A DNA stretch of 51,596 bases, from the NCBI GenBank assembly GCA_017624395.1, contig JAGANE010000251.1, positions 1-51,596 of the forward strand, written 5' to 3'. This document shows, piece after piece, positions 26,239 to 36,056 of the stretch. Both the position numbers and the translations under genes were made by a program. The notes under the pieces were generated by a model. That model was not told the DNA's origin. It saw only the letters and a list, made by a program, of their open reading frames with translations, and made no database searches. This stretch comes from Clostridia bacterium (lineage in GTDB: Bacteria; Bacillota; Clostridia; Oscillospirales; CAG-272). Each line of letters opens with the position of its first letter. Positions within the stretch are counted from its first letter, which is position 1.

Positions 26239-27180
26239 TTATTTCTTCAAATATTTTGCTACCTCTGCCGCAACAAGCTCTGCGATCATATCCAAATTTG
26301 TTTTGGATGCCGCAGCTGAAAGATCCGCCTTTCCGTCACTGCTGAACAGCTTCATCTTTTTGGTGGTCTCCTGCTTGACAGCCTCAACAGCCGCAGGAAT
26401 CAGGTCGATCAAGCCCTTGTCCATACTCTGGAATTTTTTGAATTCCGCCTCCACAGCAGCTACGTTGATATCCGTAAAGATGTTGACCTTGCTGATATCC
26501 TCTTTGATTGCCTGTCTGAAATCGTTATCGGTAAGTCCCGAGCCACCGTGAAGCACCAGGGGAACGTCTACGGTGTTTGCAATGGTGCGGATTCTTTCAA
26601 AATCAAGCTTAGGGGGGAGCTTGTATGCGCCGTGTGCGTTGCCTACCGCGATTGCCAATGCATCAACACCGGTCTTTTCTACAAAGTCCTTTGCCATCTT
26701 GGGATCGGTAAAAAACGCGGAAGGATCGGCAAGATGCGAGCTTCCCTCCGCAGAGCCCTCGTTGTCACCAACGTGACCAAGCTCACCCTCGATCGTTGCG
26801 CCGCGGGAATGGGCAATCTCTGCCATTTCCTTAACCTTGCGAACATTTTCCTCATAGGAATCGGTAGAGCAATCGTACATGATCGAAGAAAATCCGAGGT
26901 CAAGCGCCTTGATACAAAGGTCATAGGAAAGACCGTGATCCAGATGGACGACCACGGGAACCGATGCTTTTTTTGCCATGGGAATCAGGTAATAGGATAC
27001 CTCCTCCAGAGGGCCATACGGCAAAAGGACCTCTGCCGTACCCATAATTACGGGAGATCTCGTAGCCTCTGCCGCATTGATAATGCCACGCGCAAGCTCA
27101 AGATTGACCGCATTAAACAGACCTACCGCATAGTGGTTTTTCTTTGCAGGTCTCAAAACCTCATTCATATTCACTAACAT
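26239..27180 (-). CDS. fba: class II fructose/ketose-bisphosphate aldolase
   Basis: 313 aa. N-terminal ...AKKNHYAVGLFNAVNLE..., HLDHG, and GELGHVGD..., HGGSG blocks. Confidence 0.85.
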   Translation of the reverse strand: MLVNMNEVLRPAKKNHYAVGLFNAVNLELARGIINAAEATRSPVIMGTAEVLLPYGPLEEVSYYLIPMAKKASVPVVVHLDHGLSYDLCIKALDLGFSSIMYDCSTDSYEENVRKVKEMAEIAHSRGATIEGELGHVGDNEGSAEGSSHLADPSAFFTDPKMAKDFVEKTGVDALAIAVGNAHGAYKLPPKLDFERIRTIANTVDVPLVLHGGSGLTDNDFRQAIKEDISKVNIFTDINVAAVEAEFKKFQSMDKGLIDLIPAAVEAVKQETTKKMKLFSSDGKADLSAAASKTNLDMIAELVAAEVAKYLKK

Positions 27181-27232
27181 GATTTTATCCTCACATTTTC
27201 CAAAAAAATTGATGATATATCCTAATATGTTT

Positions 27233-27261
27233 ATTATACATCAACGCCCTCAAAAAGTCAA
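27233..27261 (-). promoter_or_regulatory. near-consensus sigma-A promoter of fba
   Basis: Minus-strand TTGACT (27261-27256), 17 nt, TATAAT (27238-27233). Confidence 0.65.
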
Positions 27262-27351
27262 GAGCATTAAAGAAATTACCCCAAAATTTTAACAAATAAA
27301 TATCTTTAAGCTTTATGATTTAAATTTCTTTTTATGCGCCGTGGGTGCGAT

Positions 27352-28122
27352 TTATTTTTCTTGCAGCAACGCAAAAACCTGATCAAACACGGCGGCGTTG
27401 GATGCAATCACATGTTGATTGAAGCGGTCAACGCGCAATTCTCCGTCAAGAGCGCCAACAACACCGCCCGCCTCGCGAATGATACACACGGCTGCGGCAT
27501 AATCCCACGGCTTTAGATAGCGTCCGAGAAAAACGTCGGCAACACCGAGCGCAATATAGGCAAGCTCCGCTGCGGCAGAGCCAAGCGTGCGAATATCCTG
27601 ACAAGCAAGGAAAATGCGCTTTGCTTGCTCCAATGCCGCAGGGTGATCGTTTTTGAAATAGGCGTTATATTCCATCAAGGCAAGACAATCCGAAAGCTGC
27701 CCGTGACTGCTACAACAGATCCGCTCACCGTTGCGGTATGCTCCCATTCCCTTTTGTGCCCAGATCATTTCATCGGTATAGGGCAGATAGATCACTCCCG
27801 CCGCAAAATCGCCGTCTGCGTACAATCCAAGCGAGACAGCACAGCAACTGATGCCATGCATAAAATTGGTGGTTCCGTCCACGGGATCAAGGATCCAATA
27901 ATCCTTTGTCGCGTCGATCTCGGTCTCCCCCTCCTCGGAGATAAATCCGATGGTGGGAAAGGCTTGGGAAAGTCTTTTGTGCAGATATTCCGAGATTTCA
28001 CAGTCCGCACGCGTGACAAAATCGGCATCTCCTTTCTTTTTGACGTCCGCGCGTAACGCTTGATCAAAGAAAATGGCGTCTGTCTCCTTTAAAATACTTC
28101 TGATCTGTACAAGATCGATCAT
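27352..28122 (-). CDS. inositol monophosphatase family protein
   Basis: ORF 27352..28278. Start moved to ATG 28122 (MIDLVQI), which forms an ATGA overlap with the upstream TGA. Motifs FISEEGE, WILDPVDGTTNF, WDYAA. Confidence 0.85.
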   Translation of the reverse strand: MIDLVQIRSILKETDAIFFDQALRADVKKKGDADFVTRADCEISEYLHKRLSQAFPTIGFISEEGETEIDATKDYWILDPVDGTTNFMHGISCCAVSLGLYADGDFAAGVIYLPYTDEMIWAQKGMGAYRNGERICCSSHGQLSDCLALMEYNAYFKNDHPAALEQAKRIFLACQDIRTLGSAAAELAYIALGVADVFLGRYLKPWDYAAAVCIIREAGGVVGALDGELRVDRFNQHVIASNAAVFDQVFALLQEK

Positions 28123-29129
28123 AACGCATCTCCTTTGAGTGCATCCTTGATTTCGGTACACTCTGCCACTTCCTTTTTGTTGGCGGGCATAACAAAAATG
28201 GCAAGCAGGAGCGCTGCGGTCATTACCAGAGTTACCGCCAAGCCTCCCTCCAGTCCAAAGCTGCCGCCGTGGAGCCACGACATACCGTCCTTGATATGAG
28301 AAGCAAGCGGCGATGCCCCCGTACCCGTTCCGCTGACACTAATGCCAAAAACGTTGCCCTGAAAGAAATTCCAAAGGCTATGAATCGCGCAAACGCCCCA
28401 AAGATTGCCGCGCTTGAGTGCATGTACCGAGGCAAACGCGCCAAAAAGTGCAATGTTGATCAGCGGGAGCATACCAAAGCCGGGATTAAAGATATGCAAC
28501 AGCGAAAACATGACCGAGTTTGTCATCACCGCAAGCCAAAGTGCATTTTTACGCGAGACCGAAATCATCATATAGCCGCGGCAGAGGATCTCCTCGCTTG
28601 CACCTTGGATCAAAAATCCCACAAGGTACAATAGCCATACGGCAACCGAAAAATCCGTGAGACGGAGCGTCATTCCTCCGCAAGCCATACAAATGCCCAC
28701 GCAGAGCGAGATCAAGACAATCCCCACAACGCATCCAACAAGATATTCGGATAAAACCCGCCCTTTGCGCAAGCCCATGGACGAGACGGAGCGTTTTTCG
28801 ATCAAACGGCAAAACAGAATGGCAACCACAATGGAGATCACCGTAGAAAACAGCTGTACGAGCATCAGCCACTCGGGCATATCGGTAAGCAAAGCATTGA
28901 TTGCCTCACTGTACGCAATTGCCCCTGTCTCCATGGAATGAACCAACGACGGTATGACGTCCCCCGTAAACAGCCAGATGACCGTAGCAATGCTGACGGG
29001 AATGGACAAAAAGGTTTGTGCAACGGCAAAAACAGCAAGAAAGATCAGGCACTCCAAGCCCCACGAGTGACCTTTTCCGCCCACGCGTGCTTCAACTAAC
29101 ATTTTGCTTTGTGGAATCGGATGCTTCAT
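28119..29129 (-). CDS. CPBP family intramembrane glutamic endopeptidase (CAAX protease-like)
   Basis: 336 aa, polytopic. EEILCRGY and FSLLH motifs. Confidence 0.8.
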   Translation of the reverse strand: MKHPIPQSKMLVEARVGGKGHSWGLECLIFLAVFAVAQTFLSIPVSIATVIWLFTGDVIPSLVHSMETGAIAYSEAINALLTDMPEWLMLVQLFSTVISIVVAILFCRLIEKRSVSSMGLRKGRVLSEYLVGCVVGIVLISLCVGICMACGGMTLRLTDFSVAVWLLYLVGFLIQGASEEILCRGYMMISVSRKNALWLAVMTNSVMFSLLHIFNPGFGMLPLINIALFGAFASVHALKRGNLWGVCAIHSLWNFFQGNVFGISVSGTGTGASPLASHIKDGMSWLHGGSFGLEGGLAVTLVMTAALLLAIFVMPANKKEVAECTEIKDALKGDAL

Positions 29130-29281
29130 GATTTTTCTCCTTTGATTTTTTACTTTTACAATTGGCTATCTGATACTTTATTTTACCTAAAAATAAGTTT
29201 TTTGTCAAGATAGTTGTCCCAATTTGTGAATACTTTTTTATTTTTTACAGTAAAATACGGTAAATTTCGGCAATTTTCATC

Positions 29282-29310
29282 TTGCAAGGGACAGTAAATT
29301 GTGCTATACT
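29282..29310 (+). promoter_or_regulatory. candidate sigma-A promoter
   Basis: TTGCAA (29282-29287), 17 nt, TGcTATACT (29305-29310). Confidence 0.6.
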
Positions 29311-29349
29311 ATTACCAAAATCCAAATGGAATAAAAAAGGAGATCCATT

Positions 29350-30426
29350 ATGAAGGAAGTATTGAAAAAATACGCAAAACGTTATTTTATCGATGCAATG
29401 GGTGCGATGGCACTCGGTCTGTTTGCCTCACTTCTGATTGGAACCATTTTCAACGCCCTCGGTATGATCCCCGGACTTTCGATCCTTTCCACCATCGGCA
29501 AGGGTGCGCAAAGCGTTGCGGGACCCGCCATGGCGGTTGCGATTGCAGTCTCTCTTAAAGCATCGCCCCTTGTGGTCTACACCTGTGCGGCAGTTGGTGC
29601 GCTTGCAAACTCCAACGGTGGCGCGGGAGGCCCCTTGGCGGTACTGATCATCGTCATCATTGCCGCAGAGGTTGGTATGCTGGTTTCCAAAAAAACCAAA
29701 ATTGACATTCTCGTCACACCCTTTGTCACTCTGTTGGTCGGTGGTCTGCTCAGCGTATGATGCGCCCCCTACATCGGCAAGGTGGTGGGTGTAATCAGCG
29801 ACATCATTGCATTTGCCATGACACAACAGCCCTTTGTAATGGGTGTTCTCGTCTCGGTGGTGGTCGGTATTGCTCTGACACTCCCCATCAGCAGTGCGGC
29901 AATTTGTGCGGCTCTCGGTCTTTCGGCGCTCTCCCCTGCCGCCGTTGCCAATCCCGCACTTGCTACGGGACTTGCTATGGCGGGCGGTGCCGCGGTTGCA
30001 GGCTGCTGTGCGCAGATGGTCGGCTTTGCGGTGATGAGCTTTAAGGAGAATAAGTGGAGCGGTTTGGTCTCCCAAGGCATTGGCACAAGTATGCTGCAAA
30101 TGCCCAACATCATCCATAATCCGCGCATCTGGATTCCTACCATTCTCACCTCTGCCATCACGGGTCCGCTTGCCACCTGCGTTTTTGGAATGCAGATGTA
30201 TGGAGAAGCCATCAATTCGGGCATGGGCACCTGCGGTCTGCTCGGCCCCATCGGCATCATTCTCGGTTGGTTTGGCGGCTCCTATCCTACCACCGTTGGC
30301 GTGATGGATTGGATCGGTCTTGCGCTTATCTGCTTTATTCTTCCCGCCATTCTCTCGCTTCTGTTCAGCGAGCTGCTCTATAAGATCAAATGGATCAAGG
30401 CTGGAGACCTGACACTCCCCGAATAA
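29350..30426 (+). pseudogene. PTS EIIC-like permease (PTS_EIIC_2-type) interrupted by an in-frame TGA
   Basis: Track ORFs 29350..29760 and 29782..30426 are in the same frame. TGA at 29758-29760 in ...LVGGLLSV*CAPYIGKVVGVI... The combined 358 codons match the usual single-protein length. N-terminal KRYFIDAMGAMALGLFASLLIGTI. Confidence 0.7.
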
Positions 30427-30442
30427 ATCCTGCGCAAAAAAA

Positions 30443-30492
30443 CAAAAAGATCTGCCCCCAAACGCAAAACACTTTTGGGGGCAGATCTTTTT
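30443..30492. terminator. bidirectional intrinsic terminator between convergent genes
   Basis: 12-bp stem AGATCTGCCCCC (30448-30459) / GGGGGCAGATCT (30477-30488), with an A-run before and a T-run after. Confidence 0.8.
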
Positions 30493-30502
30493 GATAGGTG
30501 CT

Positions 30503-30853
30503 TTAAGGCTCCTTAAAATGCTCGTCCTCCGCCTTGACCAATGCAAGCTTTTGCACAAGGCGATTGAGACGGTGCTTTTGCACCGAAAGCTCGATTGCCA
30601 TGTTAAACAGCTTGATGAGGACAATAAAGATCATAAACAAAAAGACAAAGTTTGCAGGAGACTGTATTCCAAACAGCTCCGATGCAAAAATGGCGATCTG
30701 CGGAAAGATACTGATGATCAACAGCAACACCGCCGAAACAATCCAATAAATGGCATCGTCGATATAGAGCTGAGAGCGTCGGATCTTTTTCAACACAAAC
30801 AACAGCACCAAAAAGGATACGGCAATCAGTGAAATGCGCAAAACGATACTCAT
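30503..30853 (-). CDS. DUF2304-type small membrane protein
   Basis: 116 aa with 3-4 TM spans. ATGA overlap with the upstream GT2 gene, a typical partnership. Confidence 0.65.
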   Translation of the reverse strand: MSIVLRISLIAVSFLVLLFVLKKIRRSQLYIDDAIYWIVSAVLLLIISIFPQIAIFASELFGIQSPANFVFLFMIFIVLIKLFNMAIELSVQKHRLNRLVQKLALVKAEDEHFKEP

Positions 30854-31557
30854 TTTCGATTTCCTCCCTTCAGCTTGACCTTTTTACGGCACCATTGAAT
30901 AAAAATAATGGAAAAACACATATGCGTCATATATTTGATGGAGCGCGAAAGATTGAGATAGCTCTCCCCTGCCGTGCGGTCGTGCATTTCCACCTGCACC
31001 TCCTTGACCACGGCGCCGCTACGCATCAGGTGTGCCAGCGTGTCGGGCTCGGGACCGTAATCGGCATTCTCCGCCATTGCCTTCATGGTAGCACGGTTAA
31101 ACATTCTCATGCCCGAGGTGGGATCCTTGACCGTTTTTCCCGTGGTCAGCTTGAGAGTTGCCTGAATAATGTTACTTCCCAGCATCCGCAAGCCGTGCGG
31201 CTTTTTCTCCGTTACAAAGCGCGAGCCGATGCAAATGTCACACTCCGCCATTGCCTCAAGCATGGTCTCGATAAAACGCGGATCATGCTGACCGTCGCCG
31301 TCAAACTGCAAGGCGTAGTCATAACCGTTCCGATATGCGTACATCATACCCGTTTGCACGCCGTCGGTAAGACCTACGTTGATGGGCAGATCGATATAAC
31401 GGTAATTCTTTCGCTTGCAGATCTCGGGGGTCTGATCGCGCGAGCCGTCGTTGACGATGACGTAATCGTACTGCGGATAATGCTCGATCAAATGATCCAC
31501 CACAGTCTCAATATTCTCTGCCTCATTGTAGGCAGGGATGATAATCAACAGCTTCAT
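30850..31557 (-). CDS. glycosyltransferase family 2
   Basis: 235 aa. N-terminal LLIIIPAYNEAENI and DGSRD motifs. ATGA overlap with wecB. Confidence 0.85.
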   Translation of the reverse strand: MKLLIIIPAYNEAENIETVVDHLIEHYPQYDYVIVNDGSRDQTPEICKRKNYRYIDLPINVGLTDGVQTGMMYAYRNGYDYALQFDGDGQHDPRFIETMLEAMAECDICIGSRFVTEKKPHGLRMLGSNIIQATLKLTTGKTVKDPTSGMRMFNRATMKAMAENADYGPEPDTLAHLMRSGAVVKEVQVEMHDRTAGESYLNLSRSIKYMTHMCFSIIFIQWCRKKVKLKGGNRK

Positions 31558-32669
31558 AATATACCTGTTCCTTTTTCATTCTGTTCCAAAATATCGGCAA
31601 TTCTCTTGCAAGCAAAGCCGTCTCCGTAAGGGTTGCTTGCCTTGGACATTGCGTCGTAGGCATTCTGATCCTCCAAAAGCAGCTTAAAGTTTTCGTAAAT
31701 CACCTGCTCGTCCGTACCAACCAGCTTCAGCGTTCCCGCCTTGATCCCCTCGGGACGCTCGGTCGTGTCACGCATGACAAGCACGGGCTTGCCGAGAGAG
31801 GGCGCCTCCTCCTGAATTCCACCGCTATCGGTCAGGATCATATAGCTACGTGCCAAAAAGTTATGGAAATCCAAAACCTCCAAGGGCTCAATGATGCGGA
31901 TGCGGTCACAGTCTCCCAGCTCCTCGTCGGCAGCCTTGCGAACCACGGGATTCATATGGATCGGATAGATCGCCTTGACGTCGGGATGCTCGTCCATCAC
32001 GCGACGGATCGCGCGGAACATATTGTGCATCGGCTCTCCGAGATTTTCTCGGCGGTGTGCCGTAATCATGATGAGCCTGCTATCCTTTGCCCAATCCAAT
32101 TCGGGGTGGGTATAGTCCTTGCGCACGGTGGTTTTCAGTGCATCGATTGCGGTATTTCCCGTAATATAAATGCTGTCCTCGTCCTTGCCCTCCTTTACAA
32201 GATTTGCCTTGGAAAGCTCGGTGGGAGCAAAGTTATACTTGGAAATAATGGATACCGCCTGACGGTTAAATTCCTCGGGATAGGGGCTGTAAATGTTGTA
32301 GGTGCGAAGCCCTGCCTCCACGTGTCCAATGGCGATCTGCTTATAGAAGCAAGCCAGCGCGGTGACAAAGGTGGTTGAAGTATCGCCGTGAACCAAAACC
32401 ACGTCGGGCTTGACCTCGTCCAGCACCTCGCCGATCTTGGTCAGAATATTGGTGGTAATATCAAACAAAGTCTGCCCTGCCTTCATGATCGAAAGATCGT
32501 AATCGGGAACCACGTGAAAGGTATCCAGCACCATATCCAGCATCTGACGGTGTTGCCCCGTGACACAAACGACGGTTTTGATATTCTCTCTTGTTTTTAA
32601 TTCATTGACAAGAGGACACATTTTGATGGCTTCGGGGCGTGTGCCAAAGACAAGCATTACGGTTTTCAT
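31554..32669 (-). CDS. wecB: UDP-N-acetylglucosamine 2-epimerase (non-hydrolysing)
   Basis: 371 aa. MLVFGTRPEAIKM, VHGDTSTT, HVEAGLRT, TDSGGIQEEAPSLGKPVLVMRDTTERPE. Confidence 0.9.
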   Translation of the reverse strand: MKTVMLVFGTRPEAIKMCPLVNELKTRENIKTVVCVTGQHRQMLDMVLDTFHVVPDYDLSIMKAGQTLFDITTNILTKIGEVLDEVKPDVVLVHGDTSTTFVTALACFYKQIAIGHVEAGLRTYNIYSPYPEEFNRQAVSIISKYNFAPTELSKANLVKEGKDEDSIYITGNTAIDALKTTVRKDYTHPELDWAKDSRLIMITAHRRENLGEPMHNMFRAIRRVMDEHPDVKAIYPIHMNPVVRKAADEELGDCDRIRIIEPLEVLDFHNFLARSYMILTDSGGIQEEAPSLGKPVLVMRDTTERPEGIKAGTLKLVGTDEQVIYENFKLLLEDQNAYDAMSKASNPYGDGFACKRIADILEQNEKGTGIL

Positions 32670-32691
32670 ACTGTCAACTCCTTTATTCTAC

Positions 32692-33546
32692 TCAATCTTT
32701 TTCCGAGGTGTTTTTTGCCGCCTGCGCATCCTTTTGGCGCTGCTTGGCTCTGCGCATATCGCGGTAGTAAACACCGATCTCCTTGATCGCATTCACAAAT
32801 CCGCGGAACTTCCATGCGGCAATAAAGCAGCTGACGTGCGGTGCAATAAAGCGCGGCAGCCACTTGCGGTGACGGTGGCGGAACTCCTTGGCATAACGCT
32901 TTTCGTCGGAAAGCCAGGAGCTGCTGAAATGGTGAATGGTGTAGGTGTTCTCTGTCACCTTGATCTCCTCGGTAATGTTGTCCTTGGGACAAAAATATTC
33001 CTTGGGCATCAGAGTAAAGCCGCCAACCGTTTGCATTTTATTGTTCAGCTTCAAGCCGTAATCCAAACAAGCATCGGTGATGCGAATGACGTTGGTCGTC
33101 ATGTTCATACTGCCGTCCTCGTAAAGAAAATGCTCACCCTCATAGTCCGACAGCAGCTTTTGAAACAGCGGGTGTCCTTTTTTTGCCGCCATCAATCCCG
33201 TAGGGATCGAATCCACCGCCTCAAAGCCCGAAATGGCATCGTAGGCAAGAATATCGTCCAAGGATTTCAGCACCTCTACGTCGGTGTCCATATAGACGCC
33301 GCCAAACTCAACCAGCGCGTAAAGCCTTGCCACGTCGGAAACAAACGCCCATTTTTTTGCCTCGTAGGCCTCCTTGACGTAATCGTTGAAGGTGGGCGGA
33401 AAATTGGTCTCGTTCCACTCAACGATCTCATAGTCGGGACAATATTTTTTCCAGCTTTCAATACACTTTACCGCAAGAGGGGGCAACGGATTTCCTCCAT
33501 ACCAACAGTAGTGTATGGTCTTTGGAATTTTCTGTTCTGCTTGCAT
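32692..33546 (-). CDS. glycosyltransferase, GT32-like (DXD sugar-binding region)
   Basis: ORF 32692..33552. ATG 33546 lies 8 nt after AAGGAG. IPKTIHYCWYGG, ARLYALVEFGGVYMDTDVEV. Confidence 0.7.
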   Translation of the reverse strand: MQAEQKIPKTIHYCWYGGNPLPPLAVKCIESWKKYCPDYEIVEWNETNFPPTFNDYVKEAYEAKKWAFVSDVARLYALVEFGGVYMDTDVEVLKSLDDILAYDAISGFEAVDSIPTGLMAAKKGHPLFQKLLSDYEGEHFLYEDGSMNMTTNVIRITDACLDYGLKLNNKMQTVGGFTLMPKEYFCPKDNITEEIKVTENTYTIHHFSSSWLSDEKRYAKEFRHRHRKWLPRFIAPHVSCFIAAWKFRGFVNAIKEIGVYYRDMRRAKQRQKDAQAAKNTSEKD

Positions 33547-33548
33547 CG

Positions 33549-34823
33549 TCAATTCTCCTTTTTATTCGGTACATCTTCCCCATCCTTTGGGACGGGAGAA
33601 TGAAAAACATAAATGACAAACCGTGTCAGATAAATTGCCGCAATCACGGCAAACGGCAGAATCTGCGCCACGTTGGCACCCGAAAACGCGGCGGTTGGGA
33701 TCAGTGTAACAGACGCGGCAATGCCGACGGCAAGACCGATCACAGCACCGATCAAAAGCGTTTTCATGGATCGCATCACCACCAAAATCATACCAAGCAG
33801 CCACACAAGGGCGGTCAAGGCACTTGCCACAACGGTGGGATACAGTAAATAAACGTATGGAAGGATCTCCTCCCCAAATACCAACGACATGGCAAAATCG
33901 CCAAGCAGGGCAATGGCTCCCATTGCGAGCAGCGTAATGGCAACGATCAAAAGGATCAGCCTTGCAAACAATCGCTTCAGTTTTTTTCGATCTCCCGCCC
34001 GAAACGCCTCGTCAAACACACCGATCAAGGGGGTGAATACGAGAAGCGTAAAGGATTGGATCAGCGTGGCAACCGTGGTCACCGAGCCGTAATATCCCAG
34101 CATCTCCTCCCCGTGGTGCGCCTCTAAAACCGCCTTGACCAAGGGAAGAATGGAATGGATACAAAATCCGTAGCCGACCATTGGCAAGCAAACCTTGGAA
34201 AGGCTGAGCAGGCGGTTGGGGGAAAACGACAAACGAACACGCTCCACTCGCCGCACGGCGTTCCAATCGTAGATCAACAGTGACAAAAGATTGGTCAGTG
34301 CCATTGCAAGGATCGCAAGCAGCAGATTGTGGAAAAGACCGAATACCACCGCAAATGAGGCAACGGTGAGGATTCCGCGAAACAGAAACGAGCGTCCCGC
34401 AATATCCAATCTCCATTTTTTTTGCACGATCCCGTGAAAGACGTCTACAAAATTCTCGGTCAGCTTTAACAGCATATAGGCAAGAATACAGGCCGCGGTA
34501 TAGATGCCATATCCGCCAAGAAAGGTTGTTACGGCACACAGAACAAACGCAAGTGCGCAGGTGACAAATCGGTGGGAAACGTACTCCCCTGCGGAATACA
34601 GCTCCTCGGAATCCGATACCTGATAATTACGGACGTTGAACAGCGCAATGATGGCAAACACGTTGGTCACCGACATGGCAAGGGACAGCAATCCCGCATC
34701 GGAAAAGCCATCCGAAAGACGCACCACCAAAACGGTGATGATCCATTGGCAAACCAGAAAAAAGATCGATCCTGCCGTATTCCATAAAAAATTTTGGGTA
34801 AGACGGCGATCTCCGTGATTCAT
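33549..34823 (-). CDS. polysaccharide flippase (Wzx/MOP superfamily)
   Basis: 424 aa with about 12 TM spans. N-terminal ...NFLWNTAGSIFF... is typical of oligosaccharide flippases. Confidence 0.7.
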   Translation of the reverse strand: MNHGDRRLTQNFLWNTAGSIFFLVCQWIITVLVVRLSDGFSDAGLLSLAMSVTNVFAIIALFNVRNYQVSDSEELYSAGEYVSHRFVTCALAFVLCAVTTFLGGYGIYTAACILAYMLLKLTENFVDVFHGIVQKKWRLDIAGRSFLFRGILTVASFAVVFGLFHNLLLAILAMALTNLLSLLIYDWNAVRRVERVRLSFSPNRLLSLSKVCLPMVGYGFCIHSILPLVKAVLEAHHGEEMLGYYGSVTTVATLIQSFTLLVFTPLIGVFDEAFRAGDRKKLKRLFARLILLIVAITLLAMGAIALLGDFAMSLVFGEEILPYVYLLYPTVVASALTALVWLLGMILVVMRSMKTLLIGAVIGLAVGIAASVTLIPTAAFSGANVAQILPFAVIAAIYLTRFVIYVFHSPVPKDGEDVPNKKEN

Positions 34824-34856
34824 AGGTACTCCTTTCCAAAAAGCTCCAATATCGGA

Positions 34857-36026
34857 TCACTGCTCTGCGGCAGGCTGCTCCAACAGCTTCAAAAAAGCAT
34901 CGGCAGTGTGCTTCCACGTGTAGTTCTCTGCAATACGCTCATAGCAAAGCTGCGTTGCATTCTCACGGTATTCCTTTTGGTCCAAAACACTCTCAAGAGC
35001 CTCCAAAAGCCCCTGCTCGTTGTAATCCGGCAAAATGATCCCGTGTTCCCGCGTGCGCACGATCTCCTTGGCCTCGCCGCGGAAGGTGGTGATCACAAAC
35101 GCGTGGCAAACGCCCGCCTCGATCACGCAGGTGGGAAAGCCCTCCGAAAACGAGGGCAAGCAGAAAATATCGCTCTCGCAAAGCAATGCCGCAATCTGAT
35201 CGGTGGGAAGCTGACCGACAAAATGCGTATTTTCACTTTTAATCTTTGTCAACGGCTCCAAAAGGTACCCACCGCCTGCAGCAAGCAACCAAACGTCTTT
35301 TCTCTTTTCGTTGATCTTCTTTACAACATTGACCAAACGGTCAATTCCCTTTTCTACGGTCAGGCGTCCGACAAAGGAGATTAAAATGGCGTCATCGGGA
35401 ATTCCATACTCGGTGCGAAAGCTGCGGACGGGAGCGCTTTTGTAGCGCTCAAACGCCTCAATATCCACGGCATTATTCAAAAGCAACTCCGAATGAATTC
35501 CAAAATGTTTGATCCATTCCAGCGACGCTTTGGAAACCCCCGCAAATTCCTTGCAATAAAATTTTTCAAGAAAGGTGATGCCATGCTCAAACCATTCCGA
35601 CATTTTGGTGGTCAGCTTGCCACCCGTATTGAGATGGCTGGAGCCGTGATCCAACATGATACAGCGCACCCCCATCTTTTTGGCAAGCCGCACCGCATAA
35701 AGCGAAATGAAGTAAAAGCGCATATTGACCAGCATGACGTCAAAATGGCGCTTGCGAAACTCCTTGGTAAAGCGACGCAGCTCGCGATTAAATTTTAATA
35801 CGGGAAAGCGACCGCCCATAAACTGCTTGGTGGGCAAGCGAATGATCTCGATCAAGCCCCTTTGCTCGTAGGACGGCACACCCTCCATCTCGGAGGTCAG
35901 AATCGTGATCCGATGTCCGCGCAAGGCTAACTCCCGTGAAAGATTATCCACGTAATTTTCCACACCGCCGACGTGCGGCAGATATTGTGAGGAGACAATA
36001 CAGATCGATTTTGTCGATTCCATCAT
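34857..36026 (-). CDS. glycosyltransferase family 4 (GT-B)
   Basis: ORF 34857..36053. ATG 36026 lies 7 nt after AAAGGAGG. ICIVSSQYLPHVGGVENY and the C-terminal SFSEGFP..IEA motif. Confidence 0.85.
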   Translation of the reverse strand: MMESTKSICIVSSQYLPHVGGVENYVDNLSRELALRGHRITILTSEMEGVPSYEQRGLIEIIRLPTKQFMGGRFPVLKFNRELRRFTKEFRKRHFDVMLVNMRFYFISLYAVRLAKKMGVRCIMLDHGSSHLNTGGKLTTKMSEWFEHGITFLEKFYCKEFAGVSKASLEWIKHFGIHSELLLNNAVDIEAFERYKSAPVRSFRTEYGIPDDAILISFVGRLTVEKGIDRLVNVVKKINEKRKDVWLLAAGGGYLLEPLTKIKSENTHFVGQLPTDQIAALLCESDIFCLPSFSEGFPTCVIEAGVCHAFVITTFRGEAKEIVRTREHGIILPDYNEQGLLEALESVLDQKEYRENATQLCYERIAENYTWKHTADAFLKLLEQPAAEQ

Positions 36027-36056
36027 TTCAAGACCTCCTTTTGGATCGATCAAAGC

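Noticed and set aside
23940-26240. Calling the low-GC block a mobile element or genomic island feature
   Set aside because: I could not find an integrase, transposase, tRNA attachment site or flanking direct or inverted repeats. Only the compositional anomaly is supported.
29758-29760. Selenocysteine at the internal TGA of the EIIC-like gene
   Set aside because: A polytopic permease loop is not a plausible Sec site. I see no convincing stem-loop immediately 3' of the TGA, and no sel genes in the window.
29428-30624. 398-aa minus-strand ORF opposite the EIIC-like permease
   Set aside because: It is an Arg/Gly/Ala-rich antisense frame of a GC-rich membrane-protein gene. It spans the bidirectional terminator at 30443-30492 and has no SD. 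The plus-strand permease reading is far more protein-like.
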